From: an uncultured virus (IMG/VR IMGVR_UViG_3300025679_000006) | Lineage: Duplodnaviria > Heunggongvirae > Uroviricota > Caudoviricetes | DNA length: 20,000 nucleotides | Reading direction: 5' to 3' (one strand) | IMG/VR virus record: IMGVR_UViG_3300025679_000006 | Shown: one piece after another, positions 1-9,023 of the stretch | Position numbering within the stretch: the stretch's first letter is position 1 | How the letters are laid out: every line of letters starts with the position of its first letter | Notes under the pieces: generated by a model | Seen by the model: the letters and a program-made list of their open reading frames with translations, nothing else | Databases searched by the model: none | Told to the model about the DNA's origin: nothing | Program-made: the position numbers and the translations under genes

Positions 1-985
1 CGTTATCTATAAAACAAGAGCTTTGCGTTTCATCAGTTAATATCGGCCATGAGTAATCGTTGATAGAACGATTGTATTGAACCTCGTTGTACTTATGGAT
101 ATACCCCGGAGTGACCGTCTGACCGGCCGGACAAGAGTTGACAACGTCCTTGACCAACTGATTAATGACATCCTGTTTATTTACCTGACCATTCCAAGTT
201 TTATTAGTGAACGCATTGACCATCGCAAATCCATAATCAAACGCCTCAATCTCGGTGATGAAATTGTTCTGACCCTGCATACGGTAAGACGTGCACCACT
301 TAATGTTGCCGTCAAAGATAATAGGTAAAGGATTAGCGTAACCGGCCCTAAGCGTCACACGCCTCATGGTAAATTTATTTGTCTGATCCTTAAACAGCTG
401 GTTCCGTGTCGTCTCCGCCAAGTTATAAATCTGAAAAGAGCCCGTGTTAGCCGTTGCCAATGCCGCCCTTTTGATATTGAAAGTCAATGTGAAGGGGTTT
501 TTAATAACAACAGCCTTCGCTGGATCCCCAGTATTAATAAAAGAAGTAAACGACGTCAACGGTGACGGTATCTGCGGGATATAATTTGTTAAACTATTGA
601 TTTGATTGAGGGCATTGTTCTTAAAATTATTTACAAAAGAGATAGGAATTATAGTCGAACCCTCGATGCTGGTAAGCAATCCCGCGACCTGACCGCTGAT
701 CTGGCTCTCTAAATTACTGATCAGTGCGGCCGGGATCCCCAAAGTGCTCTGCAAGCTCTTAACTAAACTAATGAGCGAAGTCATCTGACTTTGAATGCCG
801 GTGAGGATCCCACTTAATGCGCCAAGGTTTAAACCAGATATGGTCTGTATCTTGTTAAGCAACGTCGACACCTGTGTCGCCTGTGTCTTGAGTGAATCGA
901 CAAAGGTATTACCCGACGAGAAAGTCTGGATATAACTCGCCGGATAAATAGTCAACTCATACTGTCGCCCGAACTTAACGGCCAT
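1..985 (-). CDS. Baseplate hub-like protein (3' end runs off the window), with a ~140 aa helical insertion near the N-terminus
   Basis: Not in the ORF track because it has no stop in the window. Manual translation from ATG at 985 is open to position 2: MAVKFGRQYELTIY...VIKNPFTLTFNIKRAALATANTGSFQIYNLAETTRNQL...VTLRAGYANPLPIIFDGNI...ITEIEAFD. These motifs are typical of myophage hub proteins, and the position after the baseplate genes fits. Confidence 0.8.
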   Translation of the reverse strand, partial: MAVKFGRQYELTIYPASYIQTFSSGNTFVDSLKTQATQVSTLLNKIQTISGLNLGALSGILTGIQSQMTSLISLVKSLQSTLGIPAALISNLESQISGQVAGLLTSIEGSTIIPISFVNNFKNNALNQINSLTNYIPQIPSPLTSFTSFINTGDPAKAVVIKNPFTLTFNIKRAALATANTGSFQIYNLAETTRNQLFKDQTNKFTMRRVTLRAGYANPLPIIFDGNIKWCTSYRMQGQNNFITEIEAFDYGFAMVNAFTNKTWNGQVNKQDVINQLVKDVVNSCPAGQTVTPGYIHKYNEVQYNRSINDYSWPILTDETQSSCFIDN

Positions 986-987
986 GT

Positions 988-1323
988 TTACCCCAAAGTA
1001 GTTTCAACCAATGCCACGTCGCTTGGACTCAACGTGTAAAGGGTCGCCCTGCCATTTTGAAAATCGTTTATAAACACCGGCTCGTACAGATCCTTCATCA
1101 GACATGCCAAGCCAAAAGGAATAAGATTCCTGATCGCCCGTAGCATATTGGTCGAATTGACCATGCGTTTATTGTTGACCGAATACGCACCATAGGTAAA
1201 GCTGTAAAACCACCCCGACTGATTATACGAATACCGCAAAGAAAGATTAAGGTTCTGCCCACTCTCCAATTTAAGGATCATCGTCTGCAGAGGACTGTTT
1301 GTAATGATATCGACCTGTATCAT
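988..1323 (-). CDS. Small baseplate protein (plug-like)
   Basis: 111 aa beta-rich protein (LSLRYSYNQSGWFYSF) lying between the post-tape-measure gene and the hub gene. 4-nt overlap with the upstream gene. Confidence 0.65.
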   Translation of the reverse strand: MIQVDIITNSPLQTMILKLESGQNLNLSLRYSYNQSGWFYSFTYGAYSVNNKRMVNSTNMLRAIRNLIPFGLACLMKDLYEPVFINDFQNGRATLYTLSPSDVALVETTLG

Positions 1324-2159
1324 ATATTTGCTCCATTAAATTGAACGGGTATCAAAGTAGATGCAGCGCTTACCAATGTTGTAGACGGTACCGCCAGCCC
1401 GCTTGTTATCCCACTATTATCCGGCGTTTCTTGAAGCGTTTGTAAAGGCTGTCCCACGAGCGTGCTTAAGTCAGCGCCAGTGGACGTGAGCGAAAGGGTG
1501 TTGGCGAACCTGATCGCTTTAAAGGTGACGGTGAAATCGCTTATGATCCTTGTTTGCTCGTCCTGCTTGACCCTAACATTCTCGATGGCCATGTTCTGCA
1601 GGATCCCCCAAGGCGTCTCCACTTCGCACAGTTGGCGAGAGAGCCATAGGTTATAAAAATACTGAAAGGCGTTCTGCTGTTTATTTGCTGTCGTACTCAC
1701 GCCCGAGAAAAGGCTGTAAATATTTTGAGCCTGATTAACGACCGCCGCAACGCTGGACGTCACGGCCGCAATGCTGTTATAAACCTGTGTCGCCTGAATC
1801 GAAAACTTAGGGGCAAGGCCCAGGACCGTGCCGAAGCTCTGTGCTTCGGTTAAAATATTAAGAAAGAAATTGCTAAAATTATTAGACAACTCCCCGACAT
1901 ACCCCGAGAGCATGAACTTCTCCGGTCGCAACGCAATGTGATCCTGAATGGCCGAATTGTTCTCCGTGTAGTGATCAGTGATATCAGAATCCAATGAGAA
2001 CTCTTCTGTCCCAATGAGATCGAATATAAAACCTGATACGCCGATCAAAGAAGGGTTATCCGTCGGCCTAACTATAAACTGGCTAGTGACATTGCTAACC
2101 AATGCCGGTAGTGTACTGACGTTGCTTTGAACATTAGTGCTTATCGGGGAATCAGCCAT
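1320..2159 (-). CDS. Tail tube initiator / Dit-like baseplate protein
   Basis: Directly follows the tape measure gene. Motifs SDITDHYTENNSAIQDHIALRP and VETPWGILQNMAIENV...SDFTVTFKAIR are typical of this class. Confidence 0.7.
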   Translation of the reverse strand: MADSPISTNVQSNVSTLPALVSNVTSQFIVRPTDNPSLIGVSGFIFDLIGTEEFSLDSDITDHYTENNSAIQDHIALRPEKFMLSGYVGELSNNFSNFFLNILTEAQSFGTVLGLAPKFSIQATQVYNSIAAVTSSVAAVVNQAQNIYSLFSGVSTTANKQQNAFQYFYNLWLSRQLCEVETPWGILQNMAIENVRVKQDEQTRIISDFTVTFKAIRFANTLSLTSTGADLSTLVGQPLQTLQETPDNSGITSGLAVPSTTLVSAASTLIPVQFNGANI

Positions 2160-3178
2160 TATACACTTCCTATCGGACTGCTGTTGACCACATCGTTGTA
2201 GTCTTTGTCCAGTTGTTCCTTAGTGGTCGTAACCTTCGTATGAGGATCGCTCGTTTGAATCGTATTTTTAACGCTCACATGAACCTTGGCTGAATTGGGA
2301 TTAAAATAAGGATCCTGCCCATGCATGCTTTTTTCCGGTAAATATGGGGAAGGTAAATTAGCGTCAGAGAAAAGTGCTTTAAGGTCTTTCCAATCCTCGG
2401 CAAGAAGCTTCCCAGGATGAGCGATCCCATCCATCATGGCCGCAATGAGCCCTAACTCCTTCTTGAATAAATCAGACTTTAATAAATTCTGATCTAAACT
2501 AATGCCGATCTCCTCGAATCCTTTGAAGACGGGCTCCAATGCCACACCAATCTGCGCCCACGTCACAGCCAAGTCATGCCCGAGCCGGGCATTGATCGCA
2601 TGGTACCTAGCCATCTCCGCCAAACTAGCTGCGCTCAAAGCCTCATTGTCTTTCTCTTTAGCCAACTCCTCATTAGACATCGCCCAGATATTAAGCATCT
2701 CGGTACTCATGCCCAACTGCTCCGTGAACCACCGCTGTTGATCAACGCTCATCCCGTGCAAGCGATCATGGAGCATTTTTAATAAAGCAAACTTATCTGT
2801 AACGTGCGTGGGATCCAACCCTAACATCGCCCAAACATTTGAGCCCTCTCCGGTAAACTTCATCCTAAAGACTTCATCCTGCAACGTACCAATGGATGCC
2901 GCTATCGTCCCGGCAGATACACCCGCCTGATCGGCCATAGCGTTCCACTTTTGAATCTCCTGCGTTGACTGGCCGGTCTGCAAGCCGAAATTATTGATCC
3001 CCAGAGCCATATCATCGGCCAGACCAACAAGCTTCTTGGCGCCCTCGTACACCGCACCAAAGCCCGTGGCCGCAATGATGCTCGACATGTTAAGCTCAGT
3101 GACAGCCTTGCCGAAGTCCTTGAGCTTCATCGTGTCGGCCTTAAATCCAAGTTCGAATAACAGTTCGCCTATTTTCAT
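2159..3178 (-). CDS. Tape measure protein (short, 339 aa)
   Basis: Follows the chaperone frameshift pair. N-terminus MKIGELLFELGFKAD, Ala/Gly-rich helical composition, and a GQSTQEIQKW repeat-like motif. Confidence 0.75.
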   Translation of the reverse strand: MKIGELLFELGFKADTMKLKDFGKAVTELNMSSIIAATGFGAVYEGAKKLVGLADDMALGINNFGLQTGQSTQEIQKWNAMADQAGVSAGTIAASIGTLQDEVFRMKFTGEGSNVWAMLGLDPTHVTDKFALLKMLHDRLHGMSVDQQRWFTEQLGMSTEMLNIWAMSNEELAKEKDNEALSAASLAEMARYHAINARLGHDLAVTWAQIGVALEPVFKGFEEIGISLDQNLLKSDLFKKELGLIAAMMDGIAHPGKLLAEDWKDLKALFSDANLPSPYLPEKSMHGQDPYFNPNSAKVHVSVKNTIQTSDPHTKVTTTKEQLDKDYNDVVNSSPIGSV

Positions 3179-3372
3179 TTGGTTTCCTTGTTCATGAAGA
3201 AAAACTCCTCTTCATAGTCTATAAGGAATTTCTCGTACTCTAACATCACGATCACATGCATCGAATCCTGATTTAATATCGACTCCGGTGATCCGTACCC
3301 ACACTTGCTAAGCTTGGTCGCTATGATCAAAGCCTCGTAATCTTCGTCTACTTGGACGTCTGGTCTTCTACT
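3175..3372 (-). CDS. Tail assembly chaperone frameshift extension (gpT-like part of a G-T fusion)
   Basis: The -1 frame is open from the A7 run to TGA at 3177-3175, which overlaps the tape measure ATG (ATGA). Translation: SRRPDVQVDEDYEALIIATKLSKCGYGSPESILNQDSMHVIVMLEYEKFLIDYEEEFFFMNKETK. No good independent start. Confidence 0.75.
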   Translation of the reverse strand, partial: SRRPDVQVDEDYEALIIATKLSKCGYGSPESILNQDSMHVIVMLEYEKFLIDYEEEFFFMNKETK

Positions 3373-3791
3373 TTTTTTAGTAGGCGAATGTTTGGAAATA
3401 GTGATTCGAGGCTTTTGCGAAAAGGGGTTAGGTTGTAAACCATCACCTCCTTGAAGATCTCCAAAAAATCCTCGGCTACTGTTTCGTCATTAAACAAATT
3501 AGGCTCAACCTTTTTATTGTTATAAAGCACTCGCCCGCCCATGCACTCCCAGATTGAATCCTCGATATCCTGTGAAGACATCAAGGTGAGTATCCCGTTC
3601 TTAGCCGTGTTAATGGCATCGTCGGTCAGCTCGAGATTAAACACCTCGCCAATCGAATGGCCTTCTTTAAGGCCAAGCTTCAAATTAACGTCTTTTAATT
3701 CTTTGAGAATGGTCTTAAAAAGTTTGTGACCAGTTACGAAAGGCGACCTAGTTATATCGAGGGTCGCACCACTCTTCAGTGTCATTTTCAT
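3348..3791 (-). CDS. Tail assembly chaperone (gpG-like)
   Basis: 147 aa, located between tube and tape measure, with a slippery site near its 3' end. Confidence 0.75.
   Translation of the reverse strand: MKMTLKSGATLDITRSPFVTGHKLFKTILKELKDVNLKLGLKEGHSIGEVFNLELTDDAINTAKNGILTLMSSQDIEDSIWECMGGRVLYNNKKVEPNLFNDETVAEDFLEIFKEVMVYNLTPFRKSLESLFPNIRLLKKVEDQTSK
3372..3378 (-). promoter_or_regulatory. Programmed -1 ribosomal frameshift slippery heptamer A AAA AAA
   Basis: Coding strand reads CTA AAA AAA GTA in the chaperone frame, near its stop. A -1 slip enters the 65-codon frame that ends at the tape measure start. Confidence 0.7.
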
Positions 3792-3835
3792 CGTGCCACC
3801 CCGATCAAATTGGAAACATCATTGGACTTACTCAT
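3788..3835 (-). CDS. 15-aa minigene (MSKSNDVSNLIGVAR) coupled to the chaperone start
   Basis: Strong SD (GGAGG) 7 nt upstream of ATG 3835. Its TGA overlaps the chaperone ATG as ATGA. Confidence 0.4.
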   Translation of the reverse strand: MSKSNDVSNLIGVAR

Positions 3836-3879
3836 TGCGTTGTCCTCCGTTTTTTTATGCAGTTGTTAAGATTCCCTCC

Positions 3880-4332
3880 CTAGCCGATAGACCTCGGGGC
3901 ATTGGAGAAGTGTAAATTCCAAATTGCGATTGCCTGTTCCGTATCACCTTCGGTATTCTCTTTAGCGTTGATGTTCCTTTTGAAAGCACCGCCAGAGAGA
4001 GTGTAGATATCCTGCTTGATCCCACCATTACCATCGCCGATGTTCTTAATGAACTCGCCGGTTAGCAAAGCAAAGGCCGCAGGGTTTTGCTGGAACAAGG
4101 ACAGAAGGTTAGTCAAGAACATATCGTCTGCCCCGCCCCTCAATAACCGCAAGGTAAACGTGCACTGCCGTCCTTGGTTATCGAAACCATAGATCGAATT
4201 GCCGTCCTTACCCGTTTTGATCTTGACCAAGTCGTTTGGGAAATCCAACACAGCGGTATCCCCATCGCCAAAATCGACAAGGGTGCGACCGTTGATCTGT
4301 ATTGTATCGTCGCCTGTTAAACTGATAATCAT
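3880..4332 (-). CDS. Tail tube protein (DUF3277-like)
   Basis: 150 aa, directly downstream of the sheath. Motif DFGDGD...KTGKDG...TFTLRLL. AGGAGG SD. Confidence 0.75.
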   Translation of the reverse strand: MIISLTGDDTIQINGRTLVDFGDGDTAVLDFPNDLVKIKTGKDGNSIYGFDNQGRQCTFTLRLLRGGADDMFLTNLLSLFQQNPAAFALLTGEFIKNIGDGNGGIKQDIYTLSGGAFKRNINAKENTEGDTEQAIAIWNLHFSNAPRSIG

Positions 4333-4356
4333 GCTATCCTCCTTTTAAAATCCACG

Positions 4357-5475
4357 TTACGGATTGATGTTGATGACAATGCTCGAGCTATGTATCGCCC
4401 CAGCTTCCTTGATAGCGATCTGAACCAGCGGTGATTTCCTTGCTGTCCTGTTGACCGGAAGCTGTTGATTAACCGGAGCACTGTAAATATAATATCCTTT
4501 TTGAAGGACGTTATTAATCAAATCCGCTTGAACCCCGAAATACTCCGGAGAATTCCAAGACCCCGGTGCGATGTACCCGTTGTTAACAGCCTGATCGCAC
4601 ACCTGACGATACACAGACTTGAGGTAGGACATGCCCGGCTCTGTCTGCGGAATCTTAGTGCCGACCTGCAGTAGAGCGTTAAATCCGTTGACCTTGATCT
4701 GGCTGACGAACCAAATGAGATTATAAATCTCATCGAAGAACTTGTTCGCCCCGTTTGAAACGTAAGCCGAGATCCCCGCGAAGTCGGTATAAAGATCCAC
4801 GCCCGCTGTCTCGCACTGATTGTAAATGGTCTGAGTGATCCCTTCATCGGGAGTGATCCCGATCAACTGTTTCAAGTTCATGGTGATCGCCGTATTGTTC
4901 CCCGTGAAATCAACCGACATGCCACGCCCTGCGGCCGCTGCCGCTTGCAAACGAGCATCCAGAGAAGCCGTACTGCGATAAATACAGCGTGTAGAATTGT
5001 CCGTGGCGTTCTTAATATCGGTGAATGGACCGGCGATATCAGAACCTGTTGAAGAAGGCAAGAAGAGAATCTTGTCTTGGAACCCTGCCACGATGGTCGC
5101 CAGAGCAAGCATAAGCCCGGACGTGGGATAACTGTTGCTGATGATCCCACAGAAGAACACAAGCGGAGCGCAACGTGTAATTGCGTTTGCCAAAGTCTCG
5201 GCATTAAGCATAGGGAAGATAATAAGGTTCCCACCCCCGGCCAAAATGTTCGGCTGTTGACTAAACACAGCGATGGCCTGTAAGTAAGCCTCAGATCCTG
5301 ATCCCCAATCTTCGGCAACGGCGGCCGGAGAAACGTAAGACTGGAATGCGCCATATGCGCCTCCCGCAATAGGAACCTCGGACGTGAACAAAGCCACGTT
5401 GTTGATATTATAATTTCCTAACCCCACCGGGGTTTGAATGACTGACACATCAATGACATTCACTATATCGAGCAT
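4357..5475 (-). CDS. Contractile tail sheath protein (DUF3383-like)
   Basis: Motifs TMNLKQLIGITPD, FFDEIYNLIWF, KIPQTEPGM, AVNNGYIAPGSW, RTARKSPLVQIAIKEAGAIHS. AGGAGG SD. Confidence 0.88.
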   Translation of the reverse strand: MLDIVNVIDVSVIQTPVGLGNYNINNVALFTSEVPIAGGAYGAFQSYVSPAAVAEDWGSGSEAYLQAIAVFSQQPNILAGGGNLIIFPMLNAETLANAITRCAPLVFFCGIISNSYPTSGLMLALATIVAGFQDKILFLPSSTGSDIAGPFTDIKNATDNSTRCIYRSTASLDARLQAAAAAGRGMSVDFTGNNTAITMNLKQLIGITPDEGITQTIYNQCETAGVDLYTDFAGISAYVSNGANKFFDEIYNLIWFVSQIKVNGFNALLQVGTKIPQTEPGMSYLKSVYRQVCDQAVNNGYIAPGSWNSPEYFGVQADLINNVLQKGYYIYSAPVNQQLPVNRTARKSPLVQIAIKEAGAIHSSSIVININP

Positions 5476-5486
5476 TTAACTCCTCC

Positions 5487-6089
5487 TTACGTTTGAGGAT
5501 ACACAGTTGGATCCTTACTGGGTATCACGAAGACTACATCTAAATCTGGTTGACCATCATTGACCCTTACCTCAACACTATGCGAGTCCAAGAATTGAGC
5601 GACCTTAACTTTATTGTACCAGGACATGACCTTGACCTCGAGATCGAACCTGTACAAACGAGCAGTCCCTTCTACCTCATTAACAGGGATGATGTTGACG
5701 TTCCTAAATATTTTAAAACTGTTTGCTTCCTGTATCTGCTGAGAGTAGATGGAATGAAGAGCCATGACCGCTTCCTCTTTCCTCTGCAAAGCATCCAAGT
5801 TCCTCGAATAAAGCCCGATGGATATATCCTCGAGCATGTTCGAGTCCTGCTCCTCATTAGCACCATCGATGGTGGGTACCATTAAATTTCTGGAAGAGAT
5901 GACCTTTGGAGATCCTTTGTACTCGATATAAATAAACAGACCGGCCTTAGGCGGGATGCGGAATTTCTGATTATAGATGACAACACGATCACTATCGAGT
6001 CCAAGCTCTTCAATAAGAATAAGCCGTATCAAATCCAAAGTCAGATACGCCGTGGTAGAGTTAGGATTCTCTGATGTGTTAAGTCTCAT
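5487..6089 (-). CDS. Tail terminator / neck protein
   Basis: 200 aa, immediately upstream of the sheath. Motif RLYRFDLEVKV. Synteny. Confidence 0.6.
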   Translation of the reverse strand: MRLNTSENPNSTTAYLTLDLIRLILIEELGLDSDRVVIYNQKFRIPPKAGLFIYIEYKGSPKVISSRNLMVPTIDGANEEQDSNMLEDISIGLYSRNLDALQRKEEAVMALHSIYSQQIQEANSFKIFRNVNIIPVNEVEGTARLYRFDLEVKVMSWYNKVKVAQFLDSHSVEVRVNDGQPDLDVVFVIPSKDPTVYPQT

Positions 6090-6465
6090 CTTCGTAGTCC
6101 TCTAGCAAGTCGTACTCCCGATAGCCATACTCGCTCTGATGCATCTCGGCCATGATCCGGTATTTAACATCCCTGATCAATACGATATCATCGAGATTGA
6201 GCCGAGGCTCGGGTAGTACATGGAGCTTACTCCACTTCCAACTGCGCTCGCCCTCCGGCTTAATAGCCAGCTGACGTTGAGTAAACGCCTGTCGAACACC
6301 TTGCGTGAGGATACAGATTTTCTTCTCTTTGAGATACCCTGAGTCATTACGCTTCTTGACAATCTCTATTTTAATGCTTTGAAAGAACGTCATGACGCCA
6401 GACGATAAGTCCGGCAAATCAGTCGTATCATTAACGTTTCTTTTGTTAGCACGATCTATCTTCAT
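6079..6465 (-). CDS. Head-tail joining / head closure protein
   Basis: 128 aa with QGVRQ...LAIKPEGERSW...DDIVLIRDVKYRI motif. Neck-gene position. Confidence 0.65.
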   Translation of the reverse strand: MKIDRANKRNVNDTTDLPDLSSGVMTFFQSIKIEIVKKRNDSGYLKEKKICILTQGVRQAFTQRQLAIKPEGERSWKWSKLHVLPEPRLNLDDIVLIRDVKYRIMAEMHQSEYGYREYDLLEDYEDET

Positions 6466-7049
6466 CTTGATACCACCCTGCTAGAAATTGACTGTCGTAA
6501 CTGACCCGTATCTATAAGATGAGAAGGTGCGCCACCCGCCCTGCCGTAGCCACCTATCTCCGTGGATCCCTTTTTCAAGGAAGGCCACGTTCCGTATCCT
6601 GACGTAGGAAAAGCCTGATGCACTATGCTCTCTCCAATCGCCGCAAGCTTTTCGTAAGCTATGGTGATATTGGAAGTCTCAAGCCCTTTTAAAATCAACT
6701 GTCCGACCCTAGCCATCATCCCCGGCATTTTGGTCGTAAGCGGAACCTCAAGGAATGACCGGCGCGGTATCCTCCGCTTCGGACTTCCCTTCTCATGGAT
6801 AAGACCCAGATCCGCATTAGATAAATCAGAGTCCTTCTGAACCACTGGGACTTTTTGCTTCCCTGATTTACCGCCGACAGCTTCCTTCTTAATGACTAAA
6901 CGTCCACCTGACTTGACCCCGAGAATGCCAATCTGAGCAACGAAATTCTTCCCAAGTTCCTTCTCGATCTCCTCCAACTTGGTAGTGTCGAGCCGGACCA
7001 TGATCCGGTTCTCTGAACTGTCGCCGATCTTCTTGACCTTAACGCTCAT
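6462..7049 (-). CDS. Virion morphogenesis / neck protein
   Basis: Motifs NADLGLIHEKGS..IPRRSFL and LIDTGQLRQSI, typical of this neck protein family. Confidence 0.75.
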   Translation of the reverse strand: MSVKVKKIGDSSENRIMVRLDTTKLEEIEKELGKNFVAQIGILGVKSGGRLVIKKEAVGGKSGKQKVPVVQKDSDLSNADLGLIHEKGSPKRRIPRRSFLEVPLTTKMPGMMARVGQLILKGLETSNITIAYEKLAAIGESIVHQAFPTSGYGTWPSLKKGSTEIGGYGRAGGAPSHLIDTGQLRQSISSRVVSR

Positions 7050-7492
7050 TGTCGTGGGCCTCCAGCTATGACGAAAACATTGCCGTATAGAAACGGTATA
7101 GTAAGCTCAAGGAACCTCATCCCATATCCGTTGACCGTCAACGAAGACAAGAATGGATCCTTGGTATACGCCTCTGGAAGCTGGTAGCTAACAGACACCG
7201 ATCCCACCGAAGTGGAACTGATCGGAAACTTCGACTGGCTCGACAACCCCTTTGTAGAAAGCTGGATGTTGCGAACCAAGCAAAAGGCGACGAGATACAT
7301 GAAAGCGTTCGTCGTCTGTGCGTCCGTTCCATAAAGCCCGGAGTTAAAATTAATCTGGGCCTCTCCAAGAGCGCGGTTAAAATCCCCGGCTGTAACGTAG
7401 TCGAGGTTGTTACCATCCGTCCCTTGGGCGAAGAAGAAATCCCTCGCGAAAAAGCTCTGGAAATCAGTATATACCGGCGGTGTCCAGGACAT
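7046..7492 (-). CDS. Head-tail adaptor (DUF4054-like)
   Basis: Motif ISSTSVGSVSVSY...LTVNGYGMRFLEL. Position just downstream of the capsid genes. Confidence 0.75.
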   Translation of the reverse strand: MSWTPPVYTDFQSFFARDFFFAQGTDGNNLDYVTAGDFNRALGEAQINFNSGLYGTDAQTTNAFMYLVAFCLVRNIQLSTKGLSSQSKFPISSTSVGSVSVSYQLPEAYTKDPFLSSLTVNGYGMRFLELTIPFLYGNVFVIAGGPRQ

Positions 7493-7494
7493 AT

Positions 7495-7755
7495 TTACCT
7501 TTTCTTGGTCTTAGCCAAAGCCTTCTTGACTGCTGGCCTTTTCTTGGGTTTATCTTTCGGCTCGTCCATACGTACCAGCATTTGTGGATACATGCCTAAC
7601 AACTTGGTACCGAGCTCGTCTTTAACGTCCATGCTGGTGCTGGGATCCATATAAAGACGATCCTTCTTAACGTCGTGCTCGTTCGCACGACCACCACTGA
7701 TGATGTCTTCTTTGGAAATAATAATTGCTCTTCCGCCTTTATTATACAGCTTCAT
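7495..7755 (-). CDS. Hypothetical protein with Lys-rich C-terminus (86 aa)
   Basis: Start re-called to ATG 7755 (MKLYNKGGR), which is preceded by AAGGAG. The ORF-track start at 7809 lies inside the upstream gene. Confidence 0.65.
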   Translation of the reverse strand: MKLYNKGGRAIIISKEDIISGGRANEHDVKKDRLYMDPSTSMDVKDELGTKLLGMYPQMLVRMDEPKDKPKKRPAVKKALAKTKKR

Positions 7756-7918
7756 TAGAGTTCTCCTTTGGTAAGTCACGGGATTTTTTCCGCGTGATCG
7801 TGTTGCCATCTGGTAGTTTTACGACAATAGTCGTCGGGCGATTCTCGACTAGTTCAGCTTGAACCAGTCGCCTACCGCCATTCAATCTATCGTCTAGATA
7901 AACCTTCACTTGGCGCAT
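7742..7918 (-). CDS. Small hypothetical protein (58 aa)
   Basis: Below the ORF-track cutoff. AAAGGA SD follows the capsid stop. Translation MRQVKVYLDDRLNGGRRLVQAELVENRPTTIVVKLPDGNTITRKKSRDLPKENSNEAV. Fills the gap between genes. Confidence 0.6.
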   Translation of the reverse strand: MRQVKVYLDDRLNGGRRLVQAELVENRPTTIVVKLPDGNTITRKKSRDLPKENSNEAV

Positions 7919-7936
7919 CTTTATCCTTTCTTAACC

Positions 7937-8992
7937 TCAGAAGTCGAAGTATAAGACCTCTAATCCGCGATACACGCCGACCCCTGTTGCTTGGCCGTAA
8001 CCTGCATCTTGGAACTGGAAGTTGTTAAGAGTATTGGGCTGTGTAACGGTATAATCCACGGGAATATCCATGCGGAGAGTCTCGGGATCATAACGATACA
8101 TGCAATACCTATTCAACCCTGTCCCTGCGTTCACAACGCTACTGTTGTAGGTTGGCATGCTGTAAATACTGGGAAGGATCTTGATACCGCCGGGAACGAT
8201 CTCGGCAAAGGCCTTCTTCAAATATTCCAGCTTGCTATTGAACGGGTATGTGGGTGACACTGGTGTAGCTAACCCTAACCAATCATTCTGAGGAATGATA
8301 AAGTGGGTTGGCATTGCAGTGTACGCACAATTGGACTGGTAAGACGCCACAACCAATGACACGAAATTCGCGAACTGTGTCGGAGTCATGGAACTGATTG
8401 ACGCGGTGATAGTGGTCAAGTCTGAGTTGACGTTGCTACCACTCTGGCTCAGGAGACCGGGGAAGTTGGTCTGATCGGACAACACGCCCAAAAAGGCCAT
8501 CTTCTGGATACCTAAGTCCCAGTTTTTCTTACGGCTTCTGTGCTTGGATTCGATGATATCCCAGTTGTTCGACTGAAGAGCCTGTTCAATCTCAAACACG
8601 GAATACCCTACTGCCTTCGCCCAATTCAACACAGCGACGGTCTTGCTAGCGATCGCGGAGTCAGCAGACTCTAAGCGGTCGTTACCAGAACCTTGCTGGA
8701 TGATGCCTGACTCGAAATCACGGGCGGTGGACACCGTTAAGTTGGTCAGGATGTTTTGGGAAAACGCACCGTCTCCGACGGAAATAGGGATATAATCCGC
8801 TGGAGCCACCTCGTAGAACTTTTGCTCGGTGATCTGCTTCTTGATAAACGTGAGTGTATCAATAGCGATCTGGTACCCGAGGGTTGTCTGGTCAATGTCC
8901 CCAGTGGCATTGCGCACTGTAAGACCTGACAATGAACGGGCATTGTGCCGGGCTGCACTTTGCTTGACAAAATCCTGAACTGATTGTTTCAT
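7937..8992 (-). CDS. Major capsid protein (HK97 fold, DUF2184-like)
   Basis: 351 aa with motifs LTFIKKQITEQKF, WAKAVGYSVFEIEQA, IQKMAFLG...FPGLL and QATGVGVYR. GGAGG SD. Synteny. Confidence 0.88.
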   Translation of the reverse strand: MKQSVQDFVKQSAARHNARSLSGLTVRNATGDIDQTTLGYQIAIDTLTFIKKQITEQKFYEVAPADYIPISVGDGAFSQNILTNLTVSTARDFESGIIQQGSGNDRLESADSAIASKTVAVLNWAKAVGYSVFEIEQALQSNNWDIIESKHRSRKKNWDLGIQKMAFLGVLSDQTNFPGLLSQSGSNVNSDLTTITASISSMTPTQFANFVSLVVASYQSNCAYTAMPTHFIIPQNDWLGLATPVSPTYPFNSKLEYLKKAFAEIVPGGIKILPSIYSMPTYNSSVVNAGTGLNRYCMYRYDPETLRMDIPVDYTVTQPNTLNNFQFQDAGYGQATGVGVYRGLEVLYFDF

Positions 8993-9023
8993 TCTGATCC
9001 TCCTTCGATGTTTGTTTAAAAAC

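Noticed and set aside
1..7492. Sheath/tube/baseplate cluster as a tailocin or extracellular contractile injection system
   Set aside because: It is contiguous with terminase, portal, protease and capsid genes, so it belongs to a complete phage morphogenesis operon.
7937..8992. Capsid as an encapsulin/linocin nanocompartment
   Set aside because: The portal, terminase, scaffold and neck context indicates a phage major capsid protein.
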